Of a stretch of DNA of 64,000 nt, positions 40,887 through 50,498 are shown piece by piece. The notes under the pieces are model-generated. The model saw only the letters and a program-made list of their open reading frames with translations, did no database searches and was not told where the DNA came from. Positions within the stretch are counted from its first letter, which is position 1. Each line of letters begins with the position of its first letter. Both the position numbers and the translations under genes were made by a program. Where the stretch lies: assembly GCA_965248445.1 (NCBI GenBank), contig CBDFJG010000004.1, positions 800,001-864,000 on the forward strand, written 5' to 3'. The DNA comes from Planctomycetota bacterium. GTDB taxonomy: Bacteria > Planctomycetota > JAJSAM01 > JAJVHW01.

Positions 40887-41870
40887 TTGCAGGTTCGCGT
40901 CGAACTATCACACAGCGGTGAGTTGATCATCGTCGAGGGCGCGGAGTTCACGCTCGGCCGGGTGCGCGAGTGCGCGATCAAAGTCACCCATCCGCTCGTC
41001 TCGCGACGGCATTGCAAGTTCGAGGTCGACGATCGGGGCATGACCGTGATCGATCTCGGTTCGAGCAACGGCACGTACGTCGGTGATGAGCGCGTGGAAC
41101 GGCATCGCCTGCGAGCAGGCGAGGGAGTGCGCATCGGGCTCGGCGGGCCCGAACTCATCGTCGTGCGCGTGACCGTGGACGGCACCGACGTGATCGCAAT
41201 GGACCCCGAGGAGAACCGCGCGACGTACATCACCGGAATGTCCTCTGTGATCGGGGGCCCGGCGACCATCGAGGTGGCGCTTCCCGGCTCGGTGAGCGCG
41301 GCGGCCACGGGCTCCGCCTCGCTCTCGGCGGGCGCCATGGCCTCCACCGTCGTGCTGAAGCTGCGCAACGAGACTCTGACGGTGCAGCGCAACTCGGTCG
41401 TCCTCGGCCGCGACGACGATTGCGACATCGTGCTGGCGCACGCCACCGTCTCCCGCCGTCACTGCGAGATCGTCGTGCGACGAAGTGGCGCGATCGTGCG
41501 CGACCTGGGCTCTCGCGGCGGAACATGGGTCGAGGGACGGAAGGTGAAAGGGGATGTCCCCCTCACGGTCGGCGACGTGATCCGGCTCGGTCGCGACGGC
41601 CCGGAGCTCACGCTGGTGAGCGCCGTGGCCGGCGGCGCGGCGCTGCCGTCCACGACACCACCGGTCCAGCCAGGAGGATCTCCGCTCGTGTCCACCGGGC
41701 GCCCCGGCGGCACGGTCATCGTCGAGCGAGGCCGAGCCGAACCGCTCCCACAGCGCCCGTTCTCGGCGCCGCGTCCCGCCGGATCCGAGCGTGGCTGCCG
41801 GAACCGCGCGGCGGCGCTGCTGGTACTGGCGCTGGCGGTGCTGGCCACCGCGTGCGCGACACTGCTCTGA
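40887..41870 (+). CDS. Protein with two FHA domains and a C-terminal membrane anchor
   Basis: LGR..VSRRHC..DLGSSNGT and LGR..VSRRHC..DLGSRGGT; TTG start after AGGAGAG. Confidence 0.88.
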   Translation: MQVRVELSHSGELIIVEGAEFTLGRVRECAIKVTHPLVSRRHCKFEVDDRGMTVIDLGSSNGTYVGDERVERHRLRAGEGVRIGLGGPELIVVRVTVDGTDVIAMDPEENRATYITGMSSVIGGPATIEVALPGSVSAAATGSASLSAGAMASTVVLKLRNETLTVQRNSVVLGRDDDCDIVLAHATVSRRHCEIVVRRSGAIVRDLGSRGGTWVEGRKVKGDVPLTVGDVIRLGRDGPELTLVSAVAGGAALPSTTPPVQPGGSPLVSTGRPGGTVIVERGRAEPLPQRPFSAPRPAGSERGCRNRAAALLVLALAVLATACATLL

Positions 41871-41873
41871 GCG

Positions 41874-42335
41874 TCACTCGACCCGCGTGGTGCCGGGCGC
41901 CACGCGTAGCACGAACGTCGCGGGGCCCGCGTTGACGAGCGAGACGTCCATCATGGCGCCGAAGACGCCGGTGCTTGCGGGTACGCCCGCTTCGCGCAAC
42001 AGACGCGCGAACTCGAGGTAGAGCCGCTCGCCCTCCTCGGGTGCTGCGGCGCGCACGAACGACGGCCGGTTGCCCTTCGTGCAGTCCGCCGCCAGGGTGA
42101 ACTGGCTGACCACGAGCGCCGCACCGCCCGCGTCGCGGACGTCGCGATTCATGGGCTTCGCGTCGTCCGGGAAGATGCGCAGCTTCGCGACCTTCTGCGC
42201 CAGCAACTCCGCCTCGTGTTCGCTGTCGTCCCGCTCGACGCCGACGAGGACGAGCAGGCCCGGCCCGATGCGCGCGACCTCGGCGCCGTCCACGCTGACG
42301 GCGGCCTCGGACACCCGCTGCACAACGACCTTCAC
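41874..42335 (-). CDS. dtd: D-aminoacyl-tRNA deacylase
   Basis: [39 protein letters not shown]. Confidence 0.95.
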   Translation of the reverse strand: MKVVVQRVSEAAVSVDGAEVARIGPGLLVLVGVERDDSEHEAELLAQKVAKLRIFPDDAKPMNRDVRDAGGAALVVSQFTLAADCTKGNRPSFVRAAAPEEGERLYLEFARLLREAGVPASTGVFGAMMDVSLVNAGPATFVLRVAPGTTRVE

Positions 42336-42336
42336 G

Positions 42337-43191
42337 TCACGCCGCCTGGTCGTGCTCGAGTTGCGGCCGGAAGAGCAGCATGAGTGCGAGGACGGCCGCC
42401 GCCAGTCCCGCGCCGCCGAGGATCGCCACGATCCCCCGGCTCCCGTCTCCGACGTAGCTGGCGGCGACGCGCGTGCGGCCGGCGGGCAGATCGAGCACGC
42501 CGTAGCCGCCAGCCGTGGCACGCGTCCACGTGGCAGGGTCGCCGTTCACGGTGAGGCGAGCACCCGCCGCCGGCCACGCGAAGCGATACGTGCCGGGTTC
42601 AGCCGCATCTACACTGAGTGACCCGCCCCAGAGGCCGTCGCGGGGATCGAGGATGGACGCAGGCGTCTCCGCGTCGCCCTCTCTGCGCCAGACGATCTCG
42701 GATCCCGGCAGGCGCACCCCGCTACCCCCCACAATCGCCAACTTCGCGACGAACGCAACGTCCGGCAGCCGCGCACCGTCGGCGTCCACCCACTGCACCA
42801 GTGCGACCCCCTCGCGCGCGAGGCTCGCGATCGTGTCCGCGGTGAGTAGGCGGTCTTCCGAGAATTCCGCGGCGGCCCGGTCGCCGAGGGCCGCGAGACG
42901 CGCTGACAACACACGCTCCCCAGGCGGAGTGGCGGGGAACAGCTCCCAACCGGCTCCCGATCTAGCGCTCTCGTGCACGGACCCGTCGGTGCGATCGCCC
43001 CGATCCTCGAGAAGGAGCACGCGCTGGCCGAACGCAGCCTCGGCGGCCCGGGCATGGGCCGCCGCGAGCTTGGGCTTCGTGCTGCGTAGCGCCTCGTAGC
43101 CCTCGGGCGCAGCGAGCGCGGCCCAGGCGAGCGCAACGACCGAGACGACGGCCAGTGTCCCGGCGAACCACGCCTTCTGCGCACGCGTCAC
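42337..43191 (-). CDS. Hypothetical membrane protein (N- and C-terminal TM; C-terminus weakly YfhO-like)
   Basis: Fills the operon gap with a GTGA overlap; TM helices at both ends. Confidence 0.55.
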   Translation of the reverse strand: MTRAQKAWFAGTLAVVSVVALAWAALAAPEGYEALRSTKPKLAAAHARAAEAAFGQRVLLLEDRGDRTDGSVHESARSGAGWELFPATPPGERVLSARLAALGDRAAAEFSEDRLLTADTIASLAREGVALVQWVDADGARLPDVAFVAKLAIVGGSGVRLPGSEIVWRREGDAETPASILDPRDGLWGGSLSVDAAEPGTYRFAWPAAGARLTVNGDPATWTRATAGGYGVLDLPAGRTRVAASYVGDGSRGIVAILGGAGLAAAVLALMLLFRPQLEHDQAA

Positions 43192-44246
43192 GCCGCGCCG
43201 CCCGGCAGGACCGGGACCTTCCCGCGGATCTCGCGGGCGCACATGCGTTCGAGAGCGTTCGCGACGCCGTCAACTCCCACCGGATCTTCGAGGAGCGGTT
43301 CGAGGTCCACCCGGCCGTTCGCGATCGCGTCGAGCGCACGCGCTACGTAGTGCGGCGTGTGATGGAACGAGGAGAGGAGGTCGATCTCGTCGTAGTGCAG
43401 CCGAGCCGGCGCGACGGGCACACGCACGTCCGCCGCGCAGCCGCCGAACAGCAGGACGCGACCGCCCTTTCTGCACAGCGACGGCGCGGCCTCGGTGGTC
43501 TCCGCCGCGCCCGCCGCCTCGATCACGAGGTCGAACCCGTCGCCGTCGGCCGACGACGCGAGCAGCGCGTCCCGCGCGGCGACCGGGCCGGTCCCGACCA
43601 CGACGAGTCCGGCGCCCATCGCACGCCCGGTGGTCGCCGCGTCATCGCTGCGCGCGAGCATCGCCGCAGGCGCGCCCTCCGCGGCGAGCAGCGAAGCGAA
43701 CACGCAGGCGATCGGGCCGGATCCGAGGATCAGCACCGACTCCCCCGACAGGACGGTCGCAACGTCCATGCCCTTCAAGACGCAGGCGACGGGCTCGGTC
43801 GCCGCCGCATGCAGCGGAGCGAGGTGCCCGGGACGCGCGTGCAGGTTCCGCTCCACCACTCGGGACGGCAGGAGCAACCACTCGGCAAACGCGCCGTTGA
43901 CGAAGAGGAGGTCGTCGCAGAGCGCCTCGCGGTCCTCCTTGCAGTACCTGCACTCGCCGCAGGGGGCGCTGTTGCCGCCGACGACCGCGTCACCCTCGCT
44001 CACGGTCGTCACACCTGCGCCCACCACCGCCACCGTGCCCGCGTACTCGTGTCCGATGGGACACGGTGGCGCGAGCATCCGTGCGTGATAGCCCCGGCGA
44101 TACACCTTGGCGTCGGTGCCGCCCGTGAGAGCCGCGTCGACTCGCAGGACGACTTCGCCCCGCCCCGGCTCCGGCACCGGCCGGTCCTCGACAACGACGT
44201 CGCGCGCCCCACGCAGGATCGCCACCCGCATCATGCGTGCACTCAC
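43188..44246 (-). CDS. Zinc-binding alcohol/sorbitol dehydrogenase-like (MDR) protein
   Basis: GHEYAG, CGECRYC..C structural Zn site, ILGSGPI; catalytic Cys replaced by Gly. Confidence 0.88.
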   Translation of the reverse strand: MSARMMRVAILRGARDVVVEDRPVPEPGRGEVVLRVDAALTGGTDAKVYRRGYHARMLAPPCPIGHEYAGTVAVVGAGVTTVSEGDAVVGGNSAPCGECRYCKEDREALCDDLLFVNGAFAEWLLLPSRVVERNLHARPGHLAPLHAAATEPVACVLKGMDVATVLSGESVLILGSGPIACVFASLLAAEGAPAAMLARSDDAATTGRAMGAGLVVVGTGPVAARDALLASSADGDGFDLVIEAAGAAETTEAAPSLCRKGGRVLLFGGCAADVRVPVAPARLHYDEIDLLSSFHHTPHYVARALDAIANGRVDLEPLLEDPVGVDGVANALERMCAREIRGKVPVLPGGAA

Positions 44247-45301
44247 GACTCGCCGAGTCCCGTCGTGACGACCACCTTGACGGATCCGCCGCGTGGCGCC
44301 CTCGCGAGCGCGAACGCCTGCGTCGCGTCATCCAAGTCGAACCGGTGCGTGACGAGATCGGCCACGCGCAGTCTCCCGGAGAACACGAGATCCGCGACTT
44401 CGTCGTTCAGCGTGACGTCGGCGGAGTACGCGCCGACAAGTGACTTCTCGAGACGGCAGACCGCCCCGGCATCCACAGCCACGGGGTCGCCCGTGCGCGT
44501 GTGCGCGAACAGGACGACCCGGCCGCCCGGCCGCAGCGCATCGAACGCCGCATCAAGAGGCGACTGACCCGGCACCGCCACGATGGCCACATCGCCACCG
44601 GCCGGCGCGAGCTCCTTCACCGTTGCCGCCACGTCGTCGGACGACGGATCGACGACGCGCAGGGCGCCGCTCTCGGTCGCGCGTTCCCGCCGGTCGGAGC
44701 GAGGTTCGCTGACGACCACACGAGCGCCTGCGAGGACCAGCAGGCGCGTGAGGATCAGCCCGATCGCGCCCGCGCCCACGACGAGCGCAACGTCGCCCTC
44801 CCGCACGTCCGCGACACGCACGCACTTCAAGCACGTGTTGACCGGCTCGAGGAACGAAGCCGCCTCGAGGGACACGCCGTCCGGCACCGGCGTGACCCCG
44901 CCGCCGTCGACGATCCACGGCAGGACGCGGACGTACTCCGCGAACCCCCCACCGGACGGCTCGAAGCCGGCCGTCGCGCCCGTCCGCTTGTAGCCCTCGC
45001 ACTGCGCGAACAGGCGCCGCTCGCACAGGGCGCAGGCGCGGCAGGGGACGTGGTGGTAGACCTGCACGCGATCACCGACTGCGAACGAGCCGGCGCCTTG
45101 GCCGACCGTCGACACGACGCCCGCCATCTCGTGTCCGAACACGCGGGGCGGCGGGACCAGTCCGTGGTCGATCTTCTTGAGATCGGTCCAGCACACGCCG
45201 CACGCACCGATGCGCACGAGGAGTTCTCCGGGTCCGCACGACGGCACCGGCACGTCTTCGACACGCACGTCGCCGACGCCGCGGTAGACCACGGCCCGCA
45301 T
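44243..45301 (-). CDS. Zinc-binding alcohol/sorbitol dehydrogenase (MDR)
   Basis: CGVCWTD, GHEMAG, CRACALC..C, VGAGAIG. Confidence 0.9.
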   Translation of the reverse strand: MRAVVYRGVGDVRVEDVPVPSCGPGELLVRIGACGVCWTDLKKIDHGLVPPPRVFGHEMAGVVSTVGQGAGSFAVGDRVQVYHHVPCRACALCERRLFAQCEGYKRTGATAGFEPSGGGFAEYVRVLPWIVDGGGVTPVPDGVSLEAASFLEPVNTCLKCVRVADVREGDVALVVGAGAIGLILTRLLVLAGARVVVSEPRSDRRERATESGALRVVDPSSDDVAATVKELAPAGGDVAIVAVPGQSPLDAAFDALRPGGRVVLFAHTRTGDPVAVDAGAVCRLEKSLVGAYSADVTLNDEVADLVFSGRLRVADLVTHRFDLDDATQAFALARAPRGGSVKVVVTTGLGES

Positions 45302-45921
45302 CAGTTCACTCCGCCGAACATCTCGATCGCCCGCCACGTGAGATTCTGCGAGATCTCGAAGAGGCCGAAGTTGGACGCCAGGATCAGCGCTGCGAGGAGG
45401 GGCCAGGGCTGGTTGCGGCGCATCATCTGTCCGAACTCCCCGAGCCCGATCAGGCGGTCGGCCACCGTGAAGCCATCGAGCGGCGGCGCCGGGATCATGT
45501 TGAACAGGAAGAGGACCACGTTGAGGAGGACGACCAGGTACCAGAACCGCACGAGGAGGTCGGGAACTCCCGAGTTCTGCGAGACCGCGTACAGGACGGC
45601 GCCGAGGAGCACCAGACCCACGTTCACCGCGGGTCCGGCGAACGAGACGAGCGCATCGCCGTACCGCCGGTCGCGGAAGTTCCGCGGCTGCACGCGCGTG
45701 GCGCCGTAGCCGATCCCGATGACCGCGATCAACCCGAGACCCCACCACGGCATGAACCGCAGCGGGTTGAAACTGAGCTGCCCGAACATCTTGGGAGTCG
45801 GATCGCCCTGCCACGTGGCGCACAGGGCATGACCGAGCTCGTGGAGGACGATGCTGCCTACGACCACCGCGACGATGGCGAAGTAGGCCACGGGGTCGGC
45901 GAAGGCGAGGTCGATCAGCAC
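45301..45921 (-). CDS. Site-2 protease (M50, YdcA/YwhC-like)
   Basis: HELGH, GDPTP, AGPAVN, FNMIPAPPLDG. Confidence 0.92.
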   Translation of the reverse strand: MLIDLAFADPVAYFAIVAVVVGSIVLHELGHALCATWQGDPTPKMFGQLSFNPLRFMPWWGLGLIAVIGIGYGATRVQPRNFRDRRYGDALVSFAGPAVNVGLVLLGAVLYAVSQNSGVPDLLVRFWYLVVLLNVVLFLFNMIPAPPLDGFTVADRLIGLGEFGQMMRRNQPWPLLAALILASNFGLFEISQNLTWRAIEMFGGVN

Positions 45922-46060
45922 GCCGCCATCGGACGCCCCCCGCTGACGGACGTCAAGAACGCCCCCGCGGCCGGGTTTCTGAGGCCCTCACCACGGCCGA
46001 CGTAGACTGCCCCGCTTGGCCCCGGCCGGCTGACCGGGCGCCCCCCCGGAGGACTCCCCC

Positions 46061-47557
46061 GTGATCGATATTCGCTTCGCCACGAAGACTGCGTCCGCCC
46101 TGCGCGGAGCCGAGATTGTCGCGGTCGTCGCGCCGAAGGCGGCGCTCGACAAGGGCTGGCACCGCTCGGCACTCGGCACGTCTTGGGCTCGCTCGCTGAA
46201 CCCGGTGATCGAGGACATCAAGCCCGGCGACAACGGCGCCTCCGGCGGCACCTACGGGGGCAAGAACGCTCCGCGCCGACTTGTCGCCTGCGTACTCCCG
46301 GACAAAGTCTCGCGGCACAACGCGCCCTCCCGCTCGGAGGCGATGGTGTCCACACTGCCCTCGGCCGGACTGGCCGGGAAGAAGGCCGTCGCGGTCGTGT
46401 ACGTCGAGTCCGCGGACCACGTGCTGGCCGCCACCATCGCCGTGTTCCGTGCGTTCCCCGTCTACACCCGCAAGAGCAGCGATTCGAAGAAGCGCAGCAA
46501 GAAGACGCCTGGGACGCTCACGCTGGTGTTCGCGTTGCCCAACGGCAAGTCCATCGCCGCCGGGAAGACAGCCAAGTCCGCCGGGCACGCCGTCCAGCTC
46601 GCCGCGCGCCTGGTCGACACCCCGCCGGACGACATGACGACCGCGCACTTCGAGAAGGAGGTGCGCAAGGCGTTCCGCGGAACGCGAGGCGTCAAGGTCT
46701 CGAGCATCGTGGGCAACGCGCTCAAGCAGAAGCGCATGGGCGGCATCTGGGGAGTCGGCCGCGCAGCCGTCGTCCCGCCGCGCCTCGTGATCATGGACTA
46801 CAACCCGCGCAAGCGCGGCGGCAAGACCGTCTGCCTCGTGGGCAAGGGGATCGTCTACGACACCGGCGGACTCAACATCAAGGTCGGCGCCGGAATGTCG
46901 GGCATGAAGATGGACATGGGCGGCGCCGCCGCCGTGTTCGGGGCATTCCAGACGCTTGTCGAGTGCGGCGTGAAGCACCGCGTCATCGCCCTCTGCTGCA
47001 TGGCCGAAAACGCCGTGGACCAGAAGGCGCACCGCCCCGACGACATCCTGAACATGCACTCCGGCAAGACGGTCGAGATCAACAACACGGATGCCGAAGG
47101 CCGCCTGGTCCTGGCCGACGGCGTGTCCTACGCCGCGCGCGATCTGAAGGCCGACCTGGTCATCGACACCGCCACTCTGACGGGTGCTCAGCTCATCGCG
47201 ACGGGCCGCATCATCTCGGCCTCGATCTCGAATCGCGAGGGTCTCGAGCAGCTGGCCGTCGAGTGCGGACGCGCAACCGGAGACCTCACGCACCCGCTGC
47301 CGTTCGCGCCGGAGTTCTTCCACAAGGAGTTCAAGAGCAAGGTCGCCGACATGAAGAACTCGGTGGCCGACCGTATGAACGGCCAGACCTCCGCCGCAGG
47401 CCAGTTCGTCTACAACCACATCGAGGAACTCGACGTCCCGTGGCTGCACATCGACATCGCCGGCCCCGCATTCCGCGGCGGGCGCGGCTCGGGTCACGGT
47501 GCGGCGCTGATCGCGGAGATCGTCAGGAACTTCACTACCGCCGATCTGAAGTCGTAG
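46061..47557 (+). CDS. M17 leucyl aminopeptidase, NPEPL1-like subfamily
   Basis: VGKGIVYDTGG, MKMDMGG, NTDAEGRL, ATLTGA; SRHNAPSR and ADMKNSVADR. Confidence 0.9.
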   Translation: MIDIRFATKTASALRGAEIVAVVAPKAALDKGWHRSALGTSWARSLNPVIEDIKPGDNGASGGTYGGKNAPRRLVACVLPDKVSRHNAPSRSEAMVSTLPSAGLAGKKAVAVVYVESADHVLAATIAVFRAFPVYTRKSSDSKKRSKKTPGTLTLVFALPNGKSIAAGKTAKSAGHAVQLAARLVDTPPDDMTTAHFEKEVRKAFRGTRGVKVSSIVGNALKQKRMGGIWGVGRAAVVPPRLVIMDYNPRKRGGKTVCLVGKGIVYDTGGLNIKVGAGMSGMKMDMGGAAAVFGAFQTLVECGVKHRVIALCCMAENAVDQKAHRPDDILNMHSGKTVEINNTDAEGRLVLADGVSYAARDLKADLVIDTATLTGAQLIATGRIISASISNREGLEQLAVECGRATGDLTHPLPFAPEFFHKEFKSKVADMKNSVADRMNGQTSAAGQFVYNHIEELDVPWLHIDIAGPAFRGGRGSGHGAALIAEIVRNFTTADLKS

Positions 47558-47579
47558 AGCTCCGTTAGCAACCGATGAG

Positions 47580-48950
47580 ATGAACCCGCTGCTCGTCCTG
47601 AACGTCGTCGGGCTCACGCCGGAGCTGCTTCCGCATGCCCCACGGCTCTCGAAGCTCGCCCGGGACGGCTTCTCGACCCCGCTCCAGCCGGTGCTGCCGG
47701 CCGTCACGTGCTCCGCCCAGTCGACGATTCTGACGGGTGCGGCTCCGAGCGAGCACGGCGTCGTAGCAAACGGCTGGTACGACCGCGAGCGGGCCGAGGT
47801 CGCGTTCTGGAAACAGGCGAACGGTCTCGTGTCGGGCGAGATGGTGTGGGACGCGGCGCGGGCGCGGGACCCGCGTGCGACGAGCGCGAACCTCTTCTGG
47901 TGGTTCAACATGTACGGCTCGGCGACCTACTCGGTGACGCCGCGCCCCGCGTATCCCGCCGACGGGCGGAAGATCCCGGACTGTTACGCGCATCCCGCCG
48001 AGCTGCGCGACCGGCTGCAGGCCGAGATCGGCACGTTTCCGCTGTTCCGCTTCTGGGGGCCGAAGGCGGACATCAAGTCGACGCGCTGGATCGTGGAGTC
48101 AGCACTGCGCGTGCTCGCGTGGCACCGCCCCACGATGACGTTCGTCTACCTGCCCCACCTCGACTACGCGCTGCAGAAACTGGGTCCGGGACACGCGAGC
48201 ATACCGAAGGAAGTGAAGCGAGTGGACGCCGAGGCCGGACGCCTCATCGATGCGTTCCGCGGCGAGGGCTACGGCGTCGTGGCGCTGTCGGAGTACGGGA
48301 TCACGCCGGTGGTCGGCGCGGTCTTCCCGAACCGCCTGCTCCGCGAGGCCGGACTCGTCTCCTTCCGGAGGGACGCCACCGGCGAGCTTCTCGATGCGGG
48401 CGCCTCACGCGCATTTGCGGTCTGCGATCACCAGGTCGCCCACGTCTACTGCGAGAGCACCGCGGACGCAGGCTCCGCGGCAGCTGCACTGAACGACCAG
48501 GCCGGCATCGCCCGCGTTCTGCGCGGAGAAGAGATCGCCGCCGCAGGTCTGGCGCACGCGCGCGCCGGTGAACTGGTGATCGTGTCCGACCACGACCGCT
48601 GGTTCGCCCACGACTGGTGGCAGAGCGAGCAGGACGCGCCGGACTACCAGCGGACGGTCGACATCCACCGCAAGCCGGGTTACGACCCGCGCGAGCTGTT
48701 CTTCGACAAGTCGAAGTTCCTCCTGCCGGTGCAGATCGCCTGGAAGATCTTCATGCGCAAGCTGGGCGCGCGGAACCTGCTCGACTTCATCCCTCTCGAC
48801 ACATCGCTCGTGAAGGGCTCCCACGGCGCACTCCCGCGCACGCCCAACCAGGGTCCGGTGCTGATCAGCGACACACCGCAAGGCGCCGTCGACACGATGG
48901 CACATGCCGACGTGAAAGCGTTCCTGCTCGGTCGCGTGTTCGGCGCGTAG
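47580..48950 (+). CDS. Alkaline phosphatase-family nucleotide pyrophosphatase (EboF-like)
   Basis: LNVVGLT, PAVTCSAQ, FWWFNM, YLPHLDY, DHQVAH, VDIHRKPGYDP, KGSHG. Confidence 0.88.
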   Translation: MNPLLVLNVVGLTPELLPHAPRLSKLARDGFSTPLQPVLPAVTCSAQSTILTGAAPSEHGVVANGWYDRERAEVAFWKQANGLVSGEMVWDAARARDPRATSANLFWWFNMYGSATYSVTPRPAYPADGRKIPDCYAHPAELRDRLQAEIGTFPLFRFWGPKADIKSTRWIVESALRVLAWHRPTMTFVYLPHLDYALQKLGPGHASIPKEVKRVDAEAGRLIDAFRGEGYGVVALSEYGITPVVGAVFPNRLLREAGLVSFRRDATGELLDAGASRAFAVCDHQVAHVYCESTADAGSAAAALNDQAGIARVLRGEEIAAAGLAHARAGELVIVSDHDRWFAHDWWQSEQDAPDYQRTVDIHRKPGYDPRELFFDKSKFLLPVQIAWKIFMRKLGARNLLDFIPLDTSLVKGSHGALPRTPNQGPVLISDTPQGAVDTMAHADVKAFLLGRVFGA

Positions 48951-49037
48951 TCGCCGGATCGCCCTTCGGGGTGGCGACCCATCTCGCCGTGTGGACGGGT
49001 CCGGGCGGACCGGGAGACCCGCCACGCGCGTGACGAT

Positions 49038-49067
49038 GCGGGCGGGGCAGCGCCCCGCCCCTACAGC
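49038..49067 (-). repeat. GTAG-type REP (family A), copy 2
   Basis: Minus strand reads CTGTAG-GGGCGGGGC-GCT-GCCCCGCCC. Confidence 0.82.
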
Positions 49068-49079
49068 GGGGTTGGTCTC

Positions 49080-49217
49080 GTTGCGTGAATCGCGAGGGCG
49101 GGCCGGTTGCAGAGCAAGCGGCGCGACCGCAGCCGTCCGTAGCGGTCGGAGACCGCGTAGGAGGGAGACAAAGAGACTGCGTGGCGGCGCGAGGATCGCT
49201 CCGCGATCCGAGTGACG
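49080..49217. repeat. Structured repeat family B, copy 2
   Basis: GTTGCGTGAATCGCGAGGGCGGGCCGGTTGC..GTAGCGGTCGGAGACCGCGTAGGAGGGAGACA..GGATCGCTCCGCGATCC. Confidence 0.85.
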
Positions 49218-49622
49218 CTACGCAGTCGTCGTCGCCGGTTCCGGCAGGGGCCGGCGCGACGCGGCGCTCTCGCTCATCGCGTGGAAGTGGTTCACGCTGT
49301 CCTCGCCGAGACGCCAGCAGAGGTACACGTGCTCTCCGTCCAGCTCCGCGGGGAAGTCGGCCACGCCCTCGCACGGATCGTCGAGCCGCACGAAGAGAGC
49401 GTCGAGCTCCCCTTCGCACTCTTCGCGCTCGCGGGCGACCTGCGCCACGGTGCGCCGCGCGTCGTCGATCTTCAGGCGATCCGGCGAATCGGATTCACGC
49501 AACCGGCGATACGCGGCGCCCAGCGTGGCGAGCCGCTCCTCCAGCTTCGCGATGTCGGCGACGATGGCGCGTACCAGAGGTAGCGCCGCGTTGGCGAGCT
49601 CGGGTGTGTAGAGGCGCTTCAT
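49218..49622 (-). CDS. DUF2203 domain protein
   Basis: YTPELANAALPLV, GVADFPA..VYLCWRLGE, RRPL. Confidence 0.9.
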   Translation of the reverse strand: MKRLYTPELANAALPLVRAIVADIAKLEERLATLGAAYRRLRESDSPDRLKIDDARRTVAQVAREREECEGELDALFVRLDDPCEGVADFPAELDGEHVYLCWRLGEDSVNHFHAMSESAASRRPLPEPATTTA

Positions 49623-49714
49623 TGCAAAGGGAGCGTAAGCCGTGAGCGGGCGCTGGCAACCCCATTTCGTCGCATCCTGCCGAATCGTTCGGCATGCCTG
49701 ACACTTCCGGGACC

Positions 49715-50350
49715 ATGACAGGCGTGACGCTGCGCGTGCTGCTGACGGGGTTCGAACCGTTCGGTCCGCACGCCGTGAATCCGTCCCGGGAACTGCTCGG
49801 ACCGTTGCGCGCGGATCCGCCCGACGGGACCGACATCGTGACTCGAGTCCTACCCGTGAGTTACCGCGATGCGTTCGAGCCCGTCCGGCGGGCGCTCGCC
49901 GTCGAGAGATTCGACGTCGTCGCACTCATGGGGCTCGCTGCGGACGCGGGCGGCATCCGGTTCGAGCGCGTCGCGCGAAACCGGCGAGCGGGAACGCTCC
50001 CGGACAACGACGGCGTCGTGATCGACGGTGCGCCCATCGATCCGGCCGGTCCCGAAGCGTGCATCGCCACGGCCGACGTGGACGGAATGGCCGCGGCGTG
50101 TGCCGACGTCGGCGTCCCTGCAATCGTGTCGACCGACGCAGGCCGGTTCCTCTGCAACCAGATCCTCTACCAGACCCTGCTCCACGGAGTCCGATTTGGC
50201 ATGCCGGCGCGGACGACGTTCATCCACCTGCCCCAGGCCGACGAGCACGCGGAGGCCGGCCAGCCATCGCTGCCGTTCGAGGCCCTCCTGCGCGGCGTGA
50301 GAGCAGCTCTCTCACGGCTGGCGGCCTCTCCCGGTAGGGGCGGCTTGTGA
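49715..50350 (+). CDS. pcp: Pyroglutamyl-peptidase I (C15)
   Basis: LLTGFEPFG..NPS, ERVARN, STDAGRFLCN, FIHLP. Confidence 0.92.
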   Translation: MTGVTLRVLLTGFEPFGPHAVNPSRELLGPLRADPPDGTDIVTRVLPVSYRDAFEPVRRALAVERFDVVALMGLAADAGGIRFERVARNRRAGTLPDNDGVVIDGAPIDPAGPEACIATADVDGMAAACADVGVPAIVSTDAGRFLCNQILYQTLLHGVRFGMPARTTFIHLPQADEHAEAGQPSLPFEALLRGVRAALSRLAASPGRGGL

Positions 50351-50433
50351 GTCCGGGGACGCTGTATGCTGCGCACGGCGTCAACGACCGGTGCACGATC
50401 GGCGGCTCTCATGCGTCTAGTAGACAGAGGACG

Positions 50434-50477
50434 AGTCCGTACCGGCGATCCAGTCCGCACGGGTGATCCAGTCCGCA
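50434..50477. repeat. 18-bp direct repeat x2.5 upstream of a two-gene operon
   Basis: AGTCCGTACCGGCGATCC / AGTCCGCACGGGTGATCC / AGTCCGCA. Confidence 0.6.
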
Positions 50478-50498
50478 TCGACGAATATGGGGAGAAGC

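Noticed and set aside
40441..40921. Short ORFs inside the MITE as a transposase
   Set aside because: No DDE or HUH motifs; they are products of the palindromic sequence
41790..41873. Possible UGA readthrough after LATACATLL in the FHA gene
   Set aside because: The convergent dtd stop follows within 4 nt, so the segment is simply a C-terminal membrane anchor
45953..47911. 652-aa - strand ORF
   Set aside because: Antisense shadow of the M17 aminopeptidase
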